Positions 35,713 to 46,747 are shown, numbered from the stretch's first letter. The stretch: DNA of 47,906 bases from an uncultured Bdellovibrionales bacterium (GCA_964236345.1 CAXSEH010000001.1:1-47906); one strand, 5' to 3'. Program-made: numbers and translations. The notes: generated by a model from the letters alone, not told the origin.

Positions 35713-37632
35713 ATGAAACAATTACCGCAACTACTTACGTGCCTTATCGTCACCATGTTACTGACTGCAGGCTGCAGCACATTCTTTAAACGAACACCTG
35801 CCCAAATCGCGGCGCTTCCGAAGCACTATATAATGACGCTTCATGGAGTTCGCGGAAACGAAGCCTCCTACGGCCAATTTCATGAGCTCGTAAAGATGCA
35901 TCTTGAAAGAATAGATCCCTCTTATGAAGTCATCCCTTTGAATTTAACTTACCAAACCGCGCAGGCTGATTTTACTCCCAGTAAAGCGGCGGCCGAAATT
36001 AATATGAAGCTTGATAAATTAATTCCGGTCTTAAACCCCCAAGATAAAATTTCGGTTGTAGCTTATTCAATGGGCGGCCAAGTGGGCGTCGCTTGGTACT
36101 ACGATTCTTTGAAAGACCCTAACCACAGCAAATATCCGATGCAAACCTCTAATTTCATCAGCCTTGGCGCGGCCTTTTGGGGCGCGGAAGAAGCGGCCCT
36201 CATCGCGAATGATGCGAACGCCATGGTCAAACGAGTCATGAAAAGCGTCGTTACCGAGTTGAATGCGCAATCTCAAGAATTAACTAAAGAATACGTAGGA
36301 TCTTACGCCGCAGTTAAATTAGCAGTCGGCCAAAAATGGATTAATGAAAGATACTTATTCCCCCAAATCGATAAGATGAAAAGTTTAACCGACATCAAAA
36401 ACTTTTACGATAATAAAAAGATAAGAGATTATTACTCACCTGATTTATTGGCGATATTAGATCGCAAAGCAGAAACGAAAGCCCTTCGAGATTCTACGTT
36501 GAAAAGTTTAGCGAAAGTTAGTTTCTCGGAATTACAATCACTAGCCATCGCCGGTGATTCGGTAACGAACTTGCGTTCGGCGATGATCAGTAAGATCAGC
36601 GCGTCCGGTTCCGTAAAATTGCCGACCAAGTGGTTAAGCATTTCAACTTTGGTTCAGTGTTTTGAGACCGACCTTGGTGCGCAGACCCCGGGTTGCGATG
36701 ATTTTCAAAACAAAGCTTTCGGAGGGGTAAACGGAAATTTCGCAAAATTCAGTTTTGGTTTGAAACGCCGTGAAACCGACAATGCCGTCATTACGCCTTC
36801 TTCAGTTGCGCAGTTTTATTATGCTTTCGATGCAAATCCCAATTACGCGGTCGGCGAATTAACGCCGCGAACGAATTTTAACCTATCACTGGATCCTGCA
36901 GATCATAACGTGCTCTTCGCCGAAACTCTGCACGCTACGCTAGTGACTGAAGGTATCTACGATAAAGCTTTTGGGATCTTGGGACGCCTTGGAAAATCGT
37001 GGGAGCGCCTGGCCGATGACGTCGTCATCGTTCATAAGACTAAGTGTATGACCGCCGAAAATTGCGACCACCCCGTCTACAAATACGAATTACAAGCACT
37101 TGCCGACTGCGACGTTGCAAATAGCAAATGCGCCGACACTAATTTGATTCAGCAGTTTTTAAATTCGCATTCAAATAAAATGTCAACCGAAGCGGCGCAA
37201 AGCGTTTTGAAATCACAATTACATGGTTTCACTTTAGAGCTTAATTTACGCGTACCTTCTAATTACGATATCTCTAAAATTGATGCGACCAACGTTTTCG
37301 ATTCGATCCCAATGGATTTCGACAAAAGTTTTTCTGCGGCAGACCGACAGTTAAAAACGGACGTGAATTCACCTTATAAAATTCAGATAGGCCGGAAGTT
37401 TGAAATGGCGTCGATCCTTGTGAATAAAGTTAGCTATTCAAACCAGAAAAATTTGAAAATTAACTTTACGGGAATCATTTCTCCGAACAATTCAAATTTC
37501 AACTCGCCCGATTTACAAAAGGGCGTTTCGTTAAAATTTGGCGTTAACCTTCCGGGATTAAAACCCCGCCAGGTCGAAGCCATCGTTAGCCCTTACCATT
37601 CGACGTTTGTTGACCTGGTGATGGCTAAGTAA
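35713..37632 (+). CDS. Alpha/beta-hydrolase (lipase-like) lipoprotein with large insertion and C-terminal domain
   Basis: Lipobox TAGC; LHGV oxyanion; AYSMGG nucleophile elbow; TDNAVI Asp; candidate His in ETLH. Confidence 0.72.
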   Translation: MKQLPQLLTCLIVTMLLTAGCSTFFKRTPAQIAALPKHYIMTLHGVRGNEASYGQFHELVKMHLERIDPSYEVIPLNLTYQTAQADFTPSKAAAEINMKLDKLIPVLNPQDKISVVAYSMGGQVGVAWYYDSLKDPNHSKYPMQTSNFISLGAAFWGAEEAALIANDANAMVKRVMKSVVTELNAQSQELTKEYVGSYAAVKLAVGQKWINERYLFPQIDKMKSLTDIKNFYDNKKIRDYYSPDLLAILDRKAETKALRDSTLKSLAKVSFSELQSLAIAGDSVTNLRSAMISKISASGSVKLPTKWLSISTLVQCFETDLGAQTPGCDDFQNKAFGGVNGNFAKFSFGLKRRETDNAVITPSSVAQFYYAFDANPNYAVGELTPRTNFNLSLDPADHNVLFAETLHATLVTEGIYDKAFGILGRLGKSWERLADDVVIVHKTKCMTAENCDHPVYKYELQALADCDVANSKCADTNLIQQFLNSHSNKMSTEAAQSVLKSQLHGFTLELNLRVPSNYDISKIDATNVFDSIPMDFDKSFSAADRQLKTDVNSPYKIQIGRKFEMASILVNKVSYSNQKNLKINFTGIISPNNSNFNSPDLQKGVSLKFGVNLPGLKPRQVEAIVSPYHSTFVDLVMAK

Positions 37633-37652
37633 TACCAAAGGAAGGTAACAGT

Positions 37653-38519
37653 ATGATTAAATCAATTTTAAAAGTTTGCACGATGATAAGCTGCCTCATG
37701 TTTTCAACGTCCGCTTATTCAAAAGAAGTCGTTGTCTTGGTGCCCGGATTTTTCAATTCTTTTGCGCCAGAGTATTTTTCTCAAGATATCGTTAAAAGTT
37801 TTCGGGACAAGGGATTTCAAGTTTACATTGCGGACCGCTTGAATCCCGTTGGACGTATTGAAGAAAATGGCACCCGTTTAGAAAACTTACTGGGCCAAAT
37901 AGAAAAAGCAGAAAATGGCCATGTCGCGTTCAATATCGTCGGCCACAGTGCCGGCGGTTTTTATTCCATGTGGGTTGCGAATCGTCAAAAATTCGAAATC
38001 AAAAATCTTTTTACCGTGGCGACGCCGTTTCAGGGCGTTGAGTTTGTAAACGCTTGGCGCGAAAACTCTTGGATGTTCGATTCGTTATTGAATTTCGCAA
38101 GGCTTGAAAGCTTGGAAGAATTGACGCCAGCCGGAGCCAAAATATTTATCGACACAATTCGTATCGGACCAAAAACGAAAATGTTCGCGTTTGGCGGCTT
38201 TCAGTCAAGCGGTTGGGATATTACAAACGCGAAGACCCTTTCGATTCCAATGCGCGTAACCGACCACTACACCGCCGGCATTTCGGACGGCATTGTTAGC
38301 TTTGCCTCAGCGATGGCGATTGGTGGGATTAAGACGACAGCCGAAACGCCGGCACAGCAATTTCGGGACACGAAATTTGTTCTGAATCTTGAGCACTGGG
38401 AGCAGGTCTTGGACGCTCGTTCATTCGTTCTTTTAGGAATCCGCAACATCAGTTATATTCGCAACGAACAAGTTCGGTTTTATACGGGCCTAGCTGATCT
38501 CATGTTAAAGCAGCAGTAA
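37653..38519 (+). CDS. Secreted lipase/esterase (alpha/beta hydrolase)
   Basis: Signal peptide; VLVPGF, GHSAGG, TPFQG, SDGIV, EHW. Confidence 0.85.
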   Translation: MIKSILKVCTMISCLMFSTSAYSKEVVVLVPGFFNSFAPEYFSQDIVKSFRDKGFQVYIADRLNPVGRIEENGTRLENLLGQIEKAENGHVAFNIVGHSAGGFYSMWVANRQKFEIKNLFTVATPFQGVEFVNAWRENSWMFDSLLNFARLESLEELTPAGAKIFIDTIRIGPKTKMFAFGGFQSSGWDITNAKTLSIPMRVTDHYTAGISDGIVSFASAMAIGGIKTTAETPAQQFRDTKFVLNLEHWEQVLDARSFVLLGIRNISYIRNEQVRFYTGLADLMLKQQ

Positions 38520-38521
38520 AA

Positions 38522-39793
38522 CTAATGTCCCATATCCACGACCGGTGGGATCGTTGGATTACGGGCATTGTTTCTTTGGGCTATTTGATTAATTCTAAAT
38601 ATTAACGCCAGTGATATCAATGTCGTTACCATCAAAATATAACCTAAAGTATCAAAGTGCTCGAGTGAATGATCAGCTCTTTCGACAATGATAAGTCCCG
38701 CGACGATCGAGGCTAATCCGCCCGATACCTGCTGTAAAGAAGAGTTCACCGCCATGAAAGCCCCGCGGTTGGCCGGTGCTGGAATGGCCGAAATCAACGC
38801 TTGCGACGGAATGATTCGCGAAAATATGCCGATAAAAAACAGAACGTTCACTAGCATTACTAAAATCAATGGCGTAATTCCTAAATGCGTATAAATGTAA
38901 GCCATGACGATCGTGACGACGGCTCCGAAAATAAAAGTATTTAGTTTTCCAAAACGATCGCTGGCCTTACCGATGAGGGGCCCACTGATAATAGCGAATA
39001 TGCCACTGACCAGATACATAAACGGAAGTTGTTCTAACGAGATTCCGACATTGTGAACCGTAAAACCGCTCGTGAAAGGCATCAGCAGAAACCCGCCGAT
39101 CGAAATTAATGCCGTGGCGGCAAAACCCAATAAATTTTGCGAAGATTTGAAAGTTTTCAAAAAGTGAAGAAAGAAATTGTCACTATTTTGTAACTTCAAG
39201 TGGGCATCGATGGGTTGTAATTTAAAGATGATGAAACCTCCTACGCCAACCCCTACGGTCACGATCATGAAGAAGGGCATATGCCATCCCCACATATTCG
39301 ATAAGTACAGTCCCATGGGAATTCCTAAGATTTGACTAGCGCCGAATGCCGTTTGAACAAGACCGATCACTTGTCCACGCTGCTTTAATTGAAAAAGATC
39401 TGTGGTAATCGCTAAAACAATGGCGCCGATTACGCCGCCAAAAAGTCCCGTCACGGTTCGCGCGAAAAGTAAAAATTCATAATTAGGTGCAAGCCCGCAT
39501 AGTAAGGTTCCAACTAAAAAACCCACGTAGAAAAAAATTAAAATTCGTTTTCGATCATACTTGTCCGAAAAACCCGCCGCCAAAAGGCCGGACAGTCCCG
39601 CACTAAATGCATAAGCGGATACGACATAACTGAATTGCTTCGGTGAAATTTGAAACGCCGGCATGATCACCGCACCAAGCGGTGCCATGATCATAAAATC
39701 CAGAACGATGGTGAACTGTAAAAAGACCAGTAAGGCGACGACAAACTTTTGGTACGACGTAAAGGGAAGTTGGGAGGGGTTCGAAGTGTTCAT
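38522..39793 (-). CDS. MFS transporter
   Basis: About 12 TM segments; motif A SDKYDRK and SDRFGK. Confidence 0.92.
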   Translation of the reverse strand: MNTSNPSQLPFTSYQKFVVALLVFLQFTIVLDFMIMAPLGAVIMPAFQISPKQFSYVVSAYAFSAGLSGLLAAGFSDKYDRKRILIFFYVGFLVGTLLCGLAPNYEFLLFARTVTGLFGGVIGAIVLAITTDLFQLKQRGQVIGLVQTAFGASQILGIPMGLYLSNMWGWHMPFFMIVTVGVGVGGFIIFKLQPIDAHLKLQNSDNFFLHFLKTFKSSQNLLGFAATALISIGGFLLMPFTSGFTVHNVGISLEQLPFMYLVSGIFAIISGPLIGKASDRFGKLNTFIFGAVVTIVMAYIYTHLGITPLILVMLVNVLFFIGIFSRIIPSQALISAIPAPANRGAFMAVNSSLQQVSGGLASIVAGLIIVERADHSLEHFDTLGYILMVTTLISLALIFRINQIAQRNNARNPTIPPVVDMGH

Positions 39794-39864
39794 AAGTGAA
39801 ATCTCTTTCGGTAAAGGAATTTAGAATAAAAGAAATGTAAGGAGGAGTCAAATTTGCGATTTAC

Positions 39865-41883
39865 TTATTCGAAACGTAAAGCATCTATGGGATTAAGGGC
39901 CGCCGCTTTTTTAGCGGGATAAACACCGAATACGATTCCGATTAAGGCCGAAAAGAAAAAAGACAAAAGCACCGAATCTAAAGAAACCGTGGTCGCCCAC
40001 CCCGTTGCGGCCGACAAGACCACCGTAATCAGCCACCCCAAAAAAATTCCGAGTAAACCGCCCACCACGCTAATGACGACAGATTCGGATAGAAATTGCG
40101 ACAAGATATCGTTGGCCCGAGCGCCTAAAGCTTTGCGAAGTCCGATCTCTTTAGTTCTTTCGGTGACGGAAACTAACATGATGTTCATGATTCCAATTCC
40201 GCCGACCAGTAAGGAAATGGCGGCGATCGAAGATAGTAACATGGTCATCGTTTGACTACTGCTTTGTAATGCGGCCTGGATGTCGGCCATGTTACGAACT
40301 TGAAAAGCGTCGCTTTGCTGTGACGCCGGTATTTTGTGTTGGGCCGCCATGACCGTTTGAACCGAGTCGACCGCTTGATCGTTAAAACCTATGTTATACG
40401 GCACACAATACATCACATCTAAAATTGAATCCATGGCTGTATCGATATTTTCTGGTTTATCAATTTCAACTTCAATCATTTCCAAGTACGCCCGTCCCAA
40501 TAACCGGTGCATCGCGGTTAGTACCGGAACTAAAATGACATCGTCTTGGTCTCGCCAGCCGGTTGCGCCCTTTTCCGGAAGAATGCCGATCACCTGAAAG
40601 CTGACTCGGTTCATCTTGATCATCTCACCAATGGCGCTGGCCGTTCCAAATAATTCTCGTTGCACGGTTGCACCGATAACCGCAACCCTTGCGCGTTTCG
40701 AATTTTCTTCTTCAGTAAAGAATCGTCCTACCGGTGGCTCGGAAGAATGCATTTTGGGCCACGAATCAGAGACTCCTTGAACCAAGGTATTCCAGTTTTT
40801 AGCTCCGGCGGCGGCCTGCACGCGACCAGAAACTTGGGCTGAAGAATTTTTGATAGTTCCGATGCGACTTTTTAGAACGCCCACATCCTCATAGGATAAG
40901 CGGTTGGCGGCTCCGGACTCTTGCGTGACCCCGGCAACCCGCACCGAGCCGGGATGAACGATCAGCAAATTTGAACCCAGCGAAGAGAGTTGGTCTTCAA
41001 TCGCCTTCTGGGCACCCCGTCCCAAAGCTAACATGGCGACCACCGCCGCAACCCCGATCAGGATACCAAGCATCGATAAGCCCGTTCTTATTTTGTTCGA
41101 AACTAACGTTTGAAATCCTTGTTTAAAATAATCGACGAAATCAAAAAACGCATTTTGTTTTTCGCCCGTAGGGATTTGCGCGGTGACGTCGCCCGTTGCT
41201 CGGGCTTCGAATTCTTTTATCCTTTGATCGGATTGGATGACCCCGTCACGCATGCGTATAAGGCGTTTTGCCTGCGCGCCAATTTCTTCTTCGTGAGTCA
41301 CAATCACGACCGTAATCCCCGATGCGTTTAATTCTTTTAAAGTATTCATAATTTCTTTTTCGCTGACCGAATCTAAGTTTCCGGTTGGCTCATCGGCTAA
41401 AATCATTTGCGGCGCATTCACGAGCGAACGCGCAATCGCCACCCGCTGCTGCTGCCCGCCCGATAATTCATTTGGACGGTGATCGGTGCGATCACCCAAA
41501 CCGACCCGGGCCAATAAGGCTTCAGCCCGCGACAGTCCTTTTTCTTTTTTCGAGTAAAGTAAAGGTAAGGCAACATTTGCGGCGGCGGAAATGCGAGGTA
41601 GTAAATTAAATTGCTGAAATATAAAGCCGATTTCTTCACGCCGCAAAATGGCCAGCTGATCTTCATTCATTTTCGATGTTTCGATTAGGTTGAACCGGTA
41701 CGACCCAGAAGTGGGAACGTCCAATAAACCTAGTATATTCATTAATGTTGATTTGCCGGAACCGGAAGGCCCCATGATCGCAACAAAGTCCCCATCGTCA
41801 ATTCGAATGTCGACACCCTTTAAAATTTCTAAAGTATTTTTACCCATGAGGTAGGATTTTCGAACACCTTTTAGATCAATCAT
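39865..41883 (-). CDS. macB: MacB-family ABC transporter (ATPase-permease fusion)
   Basis: [43 protein letters not shown]. Confidence 0.9.
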   Translation of the reverse strand: MIDLKGVRKSYLMGKNTLEILKGVDIRIDDGDFVAIMGPSGSGKSTLMNILGLLDVPTSGSYRFNLIETSKMNEDQLAILRREEIGFIFQQFNLLPRISAAANVALPLLYSKKEKGLSRAEALLARVGLGDRTDHRPNELSGGQQQRVAIARSLVNAPQMILADEPTGNLDSVSEKEIMNTLKELNASGITVVIVTHEEEIGAQAKRLIRMRDGVIQSDQRIKEFEARATGDVTAQIPTGEKQNAFFDFVDYFKQGFQTLVSNKIRTGLSMLGILIGVAAVVAMLALGRGAQKAIEDQLSSLGSNLLIVHPGSVRVAGVTQESGAANRLSYEDVGVLKSRIGTIKNSSAQVSGRVQAAAGAKNWNTLVQGVSDSWPKMHSSEPPVGRFFTEEENSKRARVAVIGATVQRELFGTASAIGEMIKMNRVSFQVIGILPEKGATGWRDQDDVILVPVLTAMHRLLGRAYLEMIEVEIDKPENIDTAMDSILDVMYCVPYNIGFNDQAVDSVQTVMAAQHKIPASQQSDAFQVRNMADIQAALQSSSQTMTMLLSSIAAISLLVGGIGIMNIMLVSVTERTKEIGLRKALGARANDILSQFLSESVVISVVGGLLGIFLGWLITVVLSAATGWATTVSLDSVLLSFFFSALIGIVFGVYPAKKAAALNPIDALRFE

Positions 41884-41889
41884 ATTTGC

Positions 41890-42828
41890 TTATTTGCCAC
41901 GGCGCCCGCCGCCCATCGGAGAAAAAGGGTTCGTGGCTTTTGCGTCTTTTTTTAACATCGGCATGACGACCGAGTCGCCAAGATTCAGTCCGGAAATGAC
42001 TTCGGAATTTTTTCCGTCAGTCAATCCCAGTTCAAGCTCTTTCGTGAGCGGTTGCTTATCGGTTTTCAAAAGGGCCGAAGGCTTTCCATTTTCATATTTA
42101 ATAAATTCGTTAGGAATCAACGCTACACCTTTTTTTGTCGCGCCCACGAAAGTTACGTTCGCGGTCATTCCGCTTCGCATGTAATCAGGTGTGTGAGTCG
42201 GCAATACGTCGATCAGGTAAGTGGTTACATTATTGACGGTTTTAGCTTCGTAGGCCACTTGATCGACGACGGCGGATAAAGTTTTGTCGGGATAGGCATC
42301 TAAAATAATTTCCGACTCTTGTTTTAAGAAAATCTGCGCGAGGTCAGTTTCATCAACCTGTGCCTTCACGGTGAGGCGATCTGACATAACCAGAACGGCA
42401 TCGTTCGTTGTAAACGTCTGCCCACTTTCAACATTCCGCTGGATAATAGTTCCACCCAGTGGCGCAATCAACGGCGTCGGTTTATAAATTTCTTCCCACT
42501 GTTTTACTTCGGAATTTCCCTGGGATCTTGCGGCATCGATTAAAGCCGCGCGTTCGTTAGAACTAAGCCAAGCTAAAATTTCGCCCTTCTTTACTTTCTG
42601 ACCTTCTTTAACCAGCACCCTTTCAACACGGCCCGCGACGGGAGGTTTAATTTCCAATCGATTTTCGGGTTGCACGGTTCCGGTCGCCAAAATTTTTAAA
42701 GTTAAATCACCACTAACGACTTGCGTTGTTCGAAAGGTTTCAGCCTTATCGTTTTTTTTCCAGAAGTAGACGCCCAAAGCCACGATCAAAACGATGCCGG
42801 TCACCAGGCCGATTTTTGTCTTATTCAT
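41890..42828 (-). CDS. macA: MacA-like periplasmic adaptor subunit
   Basis: N-terminal anchor, lipoyl motifs, VDETD; lies between tolC-like and macB genes. Confidence 0.82.
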   Translation of the reverse strand: MNKTKIGLVTGIVLIVALGVYFWKKNDKAETFRTTQVVSGDLTLKILATGTVQPENRLEIKPPVAGRVERVLVKEGQKVKKGEILAWLSSNERAALIDAARSQGNSEVKQWEEIYKPTPLIAPLGGTIIQRNVESGQTFTTNDAVLVMSDRLTVKAQVDETDLAQIFLKQESEIILDAYPDKTLSAVVDQVAYEAKTVNNVTTYLIDVLPTHTPDYMRSGMTANVTFVGATKKGVALIPNEFIKYENGKPSALLKTDKQPLTKELELGLTDGKNSEVISGLNLGDSVVMPMLKKDAKATNPFSPMGGGRRGK

Positions 42829-44083
42829 TGAATACTCCGACCCCTTGGGCCTGTTCCCAGACAGATTCTTTAACGATACGGTCTCGTCGACTTGCTAACG
42901 CCGCTCTTTCACGCCCAATCAAATCGCTTTCGACGCGGTCCCATTCGTCAAAAGTAGAAAGTCCATTGTTGTATTTGCTTCGGGTGATTTGCGAGCGAAG
43001 TAATGAAGCTTGCCGAAAATTTTCATCTAATTTTTCTTTTTCGATCGCGGCCATATAATCGTAGTAAGCCTGCTTTAATCGAACTAGTTTCTTTTGAAAC
43101 AAGTCTTCACTTTGCTTCCCGAAAGATTGCGCGCGGAAGGATGATGATTTTACGTTAGCGTAATCCCGGCCGCCGTCGAATAATGGAATGGTCAATGTTA
43201 GGCCCACGCTCCATCGATCTTGCTTCGGAAAAAAAACCCGGTCGATGTAACCGTAACCTCCAGATAAATCTAGACTAGGTACAAAATTAGCTTTGGCAAT
43301 ACTCAGTGCCGAGTCGGCGGCTAATGCTTGGGCTCGTAACGAAAGTACGTCGGGACTTTCCGAAGCTAGTCTTTGAAAGTCAGGATTTTCTTTTGCGACT
43401 TGCAGTTGCGGTGGCCCGTCGGCAATGATGATCTCGGGGTCAAATGAGATCCCCAAAAAACGGGATAAATCTTCTGCCGACACTTCTGAATCGTGCTCGG
43501 CATTGAATAGATCATACTTTGCTTCATCCAAATACGCTTTTGAAAGAACGACCGAACCTTTATTTTCGCGGCCACCTTGAAAGCGTAGATCTACAATTTT
43601 ATAATTGTCATTGCGCCGTTTGATCGTGTCGCCCGCCAATCGTTTATATTCCGTGGCGAACCGATACGAGGCGACGGCCTGCTTCAGCTGCGCACTGACT
43701 TGCGCCCGTGCCGATCTAAGGTTCGCGCGAGCCTCTTTGGTATTGGCTTCGGCTTGGCGTCTACGGTTCAGGTCAGCGAAACCCGCAAAAATGTTTTGCG
43801 ACAAGTTTAATTGGGCCGTGTAACTGTCGGGATTTTCGATACGATCTGCAGCGGAACGAACGGCCCCGACTGACCCGGATAACCGCGGGTAAAAACCACT
43901 TTTTGCGGCGGTCTCTAGGGCTTCGGTTGCTTGAAAATTTAAACTTGCGGTTTGTATTTCCAGATTATTTTTCGAGGCTAATTCAATAACTTCTGGCCAC
44001 GTAAATGTCTTTGTAAAACCAAGGGACCCGGTCAAAAGAAAACTTATCGTTAAAAAGGCGGCTGTCCAATTTTTTACTTCCAT
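42821..44083 (-). CDS. TolC-family outer membrane efflux protein
   Basis: Signal peptide, duplicated OEP pattern (FYPRL, FVPSL, IPLFDGG). Confidence 0.88.
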   Translation of the reverse strand: MEVKNWTAAFLTISFLLTGSLGFTKTFTWPEVIELASKNNLEIQTASLNFQATEALETAAKSGFYPRLSGSVGAVRSAADRIENPDSYTAQLNLSQNIFAGFADLNRRRQAEANTKEARANLRSARAQVSAQLKQAVASYRFATEYKRLAGDTIKRRNDNYKIVDLRFQGGRENKGSVVLSKAYLDEAKYDLFNAEHDSEVSAEDLSRFLGISFDPEIIIADGPPQLQVAKENPDFQRLASESPDVLSLRAQALAADSALSIAKANFVPSLDLSGGYGYIDRVFFPKQDRWSVGLTLTIPLFDGGRDYANVKSSSFRAQSFGKQSEDLFQKKLVRLKQAYYDYMAAIEKEKLDENFRQASLLRSQITRSKYNNGLSTFDEWDRVESDLIGRERAALASRRDRIVKESVWEQAQGVGVFNE

Positions 44084-44514
44084 TTTTCTAAAACCTGTCT
44101 GATTTCAGCAAAAGAAGTTTCAAGCACGCGAAGATCATCGGTTGATAGTTTCAATAATTTTTCGGAAAAGCGCCGTTGCGCAAGGGCCCTTACTTTAAAG
44201 AACAACTGCTCGCCTTTTTTCGAAAGTGATAATACTGATTGTCTCTTATCGGTTGCTAAGGTCTTTCGGATTATCAGGCCCCGCTTCACCATTAAGTTGA
44301 TCATCTTTGACATCGACGGTTGCGCAACGCCGTGATGTTCCGCGATGGCGCCTATCGAGTTCAGACCACGATTAATATTTGCAAGAATTCTGTACTGGGG
44401 CATGGTTAGAGTGCTAACCGACGATTCCATCACGTTCTGTCGCATACGACGCATAAGTAAAGGCGCAAGGTCCATCCACATTTTTGCAACCAAATTCGTT
44501 TTATTTTGCGCCAT
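44074..44514 (-). CDS. MarR-family transcriptional regulator
   Basis: LTMPQYRIL, wHTH, DKR wing motif; heads the efflux operon. Confidence 0.9.
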   Translation of the reverse strand: MAQNKTNLVAKMWMDLAPLLMRRMRQNVMESSVSTLTMPQYRILANINRGLNSIGAIAEHHGVAQPSMSKMINLMVKRGLIIRKTLATDKRQSVLSLSKKGEQLFFKVRALAQRRFSEKLLKLSTDDLRVLETSFAEIRQVLEKWK

Positions 44515-44520
44515 GATACT

Positions 44521-44552
44521 TAGATAATCTATATAATTTTATTTCGTGTCAA
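44521..44552 (-). promoter_or_regulatory. sigma70 promoter with overlapping palindrome (putative MarR operator)
   Basis: TTGACA-N17-GATTAT; palindrome TAGAT-a-ATCTA at 44521-44531. Confidence 0.55.
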
Positions 44553-44648
44553 GACGCTTCACTTTAGGCCTTGGATTTGCTACTTACTATGTTGGATTAC
44601 GTGGATACACCGGTCCTTACCGTGACCGAAATAAAAAATGGAGAACCG

Positions 44649-44843
44649 ATGGAAGAAAAAAGCGAACCGACGCCAAAGCAAACGGAAAATGACTACCCAA
44701 CGCGCCGTGCGCTGGAAGAAAAAATAGATGAGACTCGTGCCGGATATAAAACGAAACATGGGGCGGGTTCACCGTACCAGAAACCTACAAAGGACTGGAG
44801 CGCCGACGAGCACCCCACGCAAAAGCCGACGACGCAAGATTAG
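44649..44843 (+). CDS. Small hydrophilic hypothetical protein
   Basis: RBS GGAG before ATG 44649; 64 aa. Confidence 0.55.
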   Translation: MEEKSEPTPKQTENDYPTRRALEEKIDETRAGYKTKHGAGSPYQKPTKDWSADEHPTQKPTTQD

Positions 44844-44857
44844 TCTTAATCCAGCAG

Positions 44858-45607
44858 TTAAGGATCAGTGATTTCGACTTCGCAGAATAAGGGAAGATGA
44901 TCGGAAAAGTGATTTTTTTCGGTTTTCGAAATCACGTAAGAATGATTTATTTTTAAATTTTTAACGTAGATGCGATCTAATGTAAGAACCGGTAAAAATG
45001 CCGGAAAGGTTTTCGCAAAAAGTCCATACTGTGCTTTGTGCACCTCGGTCATCTTTAAGTCATCCTCTAAAACCTTGGTCGCTTCCTTGTTCCAGTCATT
45101 AAAGTCTCCGGCTATGACTAACGGATCTTTATCGGAAAGGTTTAAAGTGTCGATCAGATCTTTCAGCATCTGGTATTGTTTGTGACGGCCCCGATTTAGT
45201 AAATCTAAGTGCGCGCAAACGACGTGAAGGTGCTTCGCCGGTTTGCCTGGTAAGGCAATTTTGCAAACCAACAAACCCCTTTTTTCAAATTTATTCGTCG
45301 AAATATTTATGTTTTTCCAACTTGCGATGGGAAATTCGCTTAGAATTAAATTACCATGGTGGCCGTGGTCCGATATCGAATTTTGCGCGTAAGAATAATG
45401 TTTCCATATCGAATCCGCGATAAATTCGAACTGTTTATCAACCAGACCCTTGCGCTTGTACTTATTACTTTCACCGACAACTTCTTGTAAAAAAACCAGG
45501 TTGGCTTTCGAGGATTTGACCAGTTTTTTGATGTCCTCTAAAAAATAATTTTTCTTTCCCCAGTCGAAACCTTTATGAATATTGTAAGTAAGAATCTTTA
45601 GTTTCAT
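44858..45607 (-). CDS. Endonuclease/exonuclease/phosphatase family protein (YbhP-like)
   Basis: TYNIHKG, LQEV, GDFNDW, LDRIY, SDHLP; start moved to ATG 45607. Confidence 0.9.
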   Translation of the reverse strand: MKLKILTYNIHKGFDWGKKNYFLEDIKKLVKSSKANLVFLQEVVGESNKYKRKGLVDKQFEFIADSIWKHYSYAQNSISDHGHHGNLILSEFPIASWKNINISTNKFEKRGLLVCKIALPGKPAKHLHVVCAHLDLLNRGRHKQYQMLKDLIDTLNLSDKDPLVIAGDFNDWNKEATKVLEDDLKMTEVHKAQYGLFAKTFPAFLPVLTLDRIYVKNLKINHSYVISKTEKNHFSDHLPLFCEVEITDP

Positions 45608-45763
45608 TGCAATTATTTTACGTCGTTCAAAGGTTAATGCAAGCACTCTTCACGACTTAGGCAAATTGCCCGTTTTCACTGGAAAAATGTCCGGCTTTAG
45701 CGCAAATAAAATAATGCGCCCCTGTATGTGACTAGAATAATTAATTATTGCGTCCTTTTCTCA

Positions 45764-45779
45764 CGGCATTTTTTTTGCA
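45764..45779 (+). promoter_or_regulatory. sigma54 promoter of the BON-domain gene
   Basis: CGGCATTTTTTTTGCA, GG-N10-GC. Confidence 0.6.
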
Positions 45780-45841
45780 AATTATATTCATGATTCAGCT
45801 TTCAACAGGACGAATAACAAACAATAAGGAGATATTACATT

Positions 45842-46738
45842 ATGAATAACCGAAAAAATAATTTTGATCGAACCGGGTCATCAGAAGACTTCAGCAATAA
45901 CGAAGGATACCACGACTATCAGCCAGATCGGCAATCCGGTGACTTTAAAAGTTCGTCGCAATTTTCAGGAGGGAACCGTTCGCAATACGATGACGGCATG
46001 TCGCGCTCAGAAGGAAATAATTATCCGCGAAATGAAAATAAAAACCGCGGTGAGCGTCCCACTTCGTTAAACTCTGACCGTTATGAATCGCGCTACAGCG
46101 GTCCTTCATCAGATCAGTACGAATCTTCACGGAACTACGGTTCGGGCTCTTCCCAGTCCGAGCGCTTTGATGCCCAGAAAAATTCAAATTACGGCTACGG
46201 CGCCAATATGCAAGACGACCACCGAAATGAATCAAGATACGATTCGGGGCGTAGCCAAGGTAATCAAGGTGGCCAATCTAGTTCAGACACTCGTTATGGC
46301 TTCAGTCAAAATTTTGATCGAAATGCTCCCACACAGGGATCACAACGAGGTCCCCACTCAGGTAAAGGCCCAAAAGGTTACAAGCGCTCTGATGATAGAG
46401 TGAAGGAAGATGTCTGCGAAGTCTTACGTCACCACCCAGAAATTGATCCAACCGAAGTTGAAGTGGACGTTAAAGACGGGCTGGTCACACTTTCCGGAAC
46501 GGTTGACTCACGTCAAACCAAACGCATGGCCGAAGATGAAATCGAACAGATTTCAGGTGTGAGTGATATTAAGAATGAACTTCGCATCCTAGCTTCTGCC
46601 GACACTTCTAAGCCACGTTGGGGAGCTGCCGAAAATTCATTTGATTCAGAGTCTCAAACTAAAAACGGTGGATCAAAAAATCAGCCGGGACGAAATGGTC
46701 AAGCTTCCGGTTCGACCAACAACAAGTCCGTTCAATAA
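45842..46738 (+). CDS. BON-domain protein with long low-complexity termini
   Basis: GKGPKGYKRSDDRVKEDV...VTLSGTV...GVSDIKNEL BON domain; RBS AAGGAG. Confidence 0.88.
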   Translation: MNNRKNNFDRTGSSEDFSNNEGYHDYQPDRQSGDFKSSSQFSGGNRSQYDDGMSRSEGNNYPRNENKNRGERPTSLNSDRYESRYSGPSSDQYESSRNYGSGSSQSERFDAQKNSNYGYGANMQDDHRNESRYDSGRSQGNQGGQSSSDTRYGFSQNFDRNAPTQGSQRGPHSGKGPKGYKRSDDRVKEDVCEVLRHHPEIDPTEVEVDVKDGLVTLSGTVDSRQTKRMAEDEIEQISGVSDIKNELRILASADTSKPRWGAAENSFDSESQTKNGGSKNQPGRNGQASGSTNNKSVQ

Positions 46739-46747
46739 GGAGGACCC

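Noticed and set aside
40378-40410. dif/Xer-like site in the macB insert (GTGCCGTATAA-CATAGG-TTTTAACGATC)
   Set aside because: The XerC-like arm is plausible but the XerD arm does not match TTATGTTAAAT.
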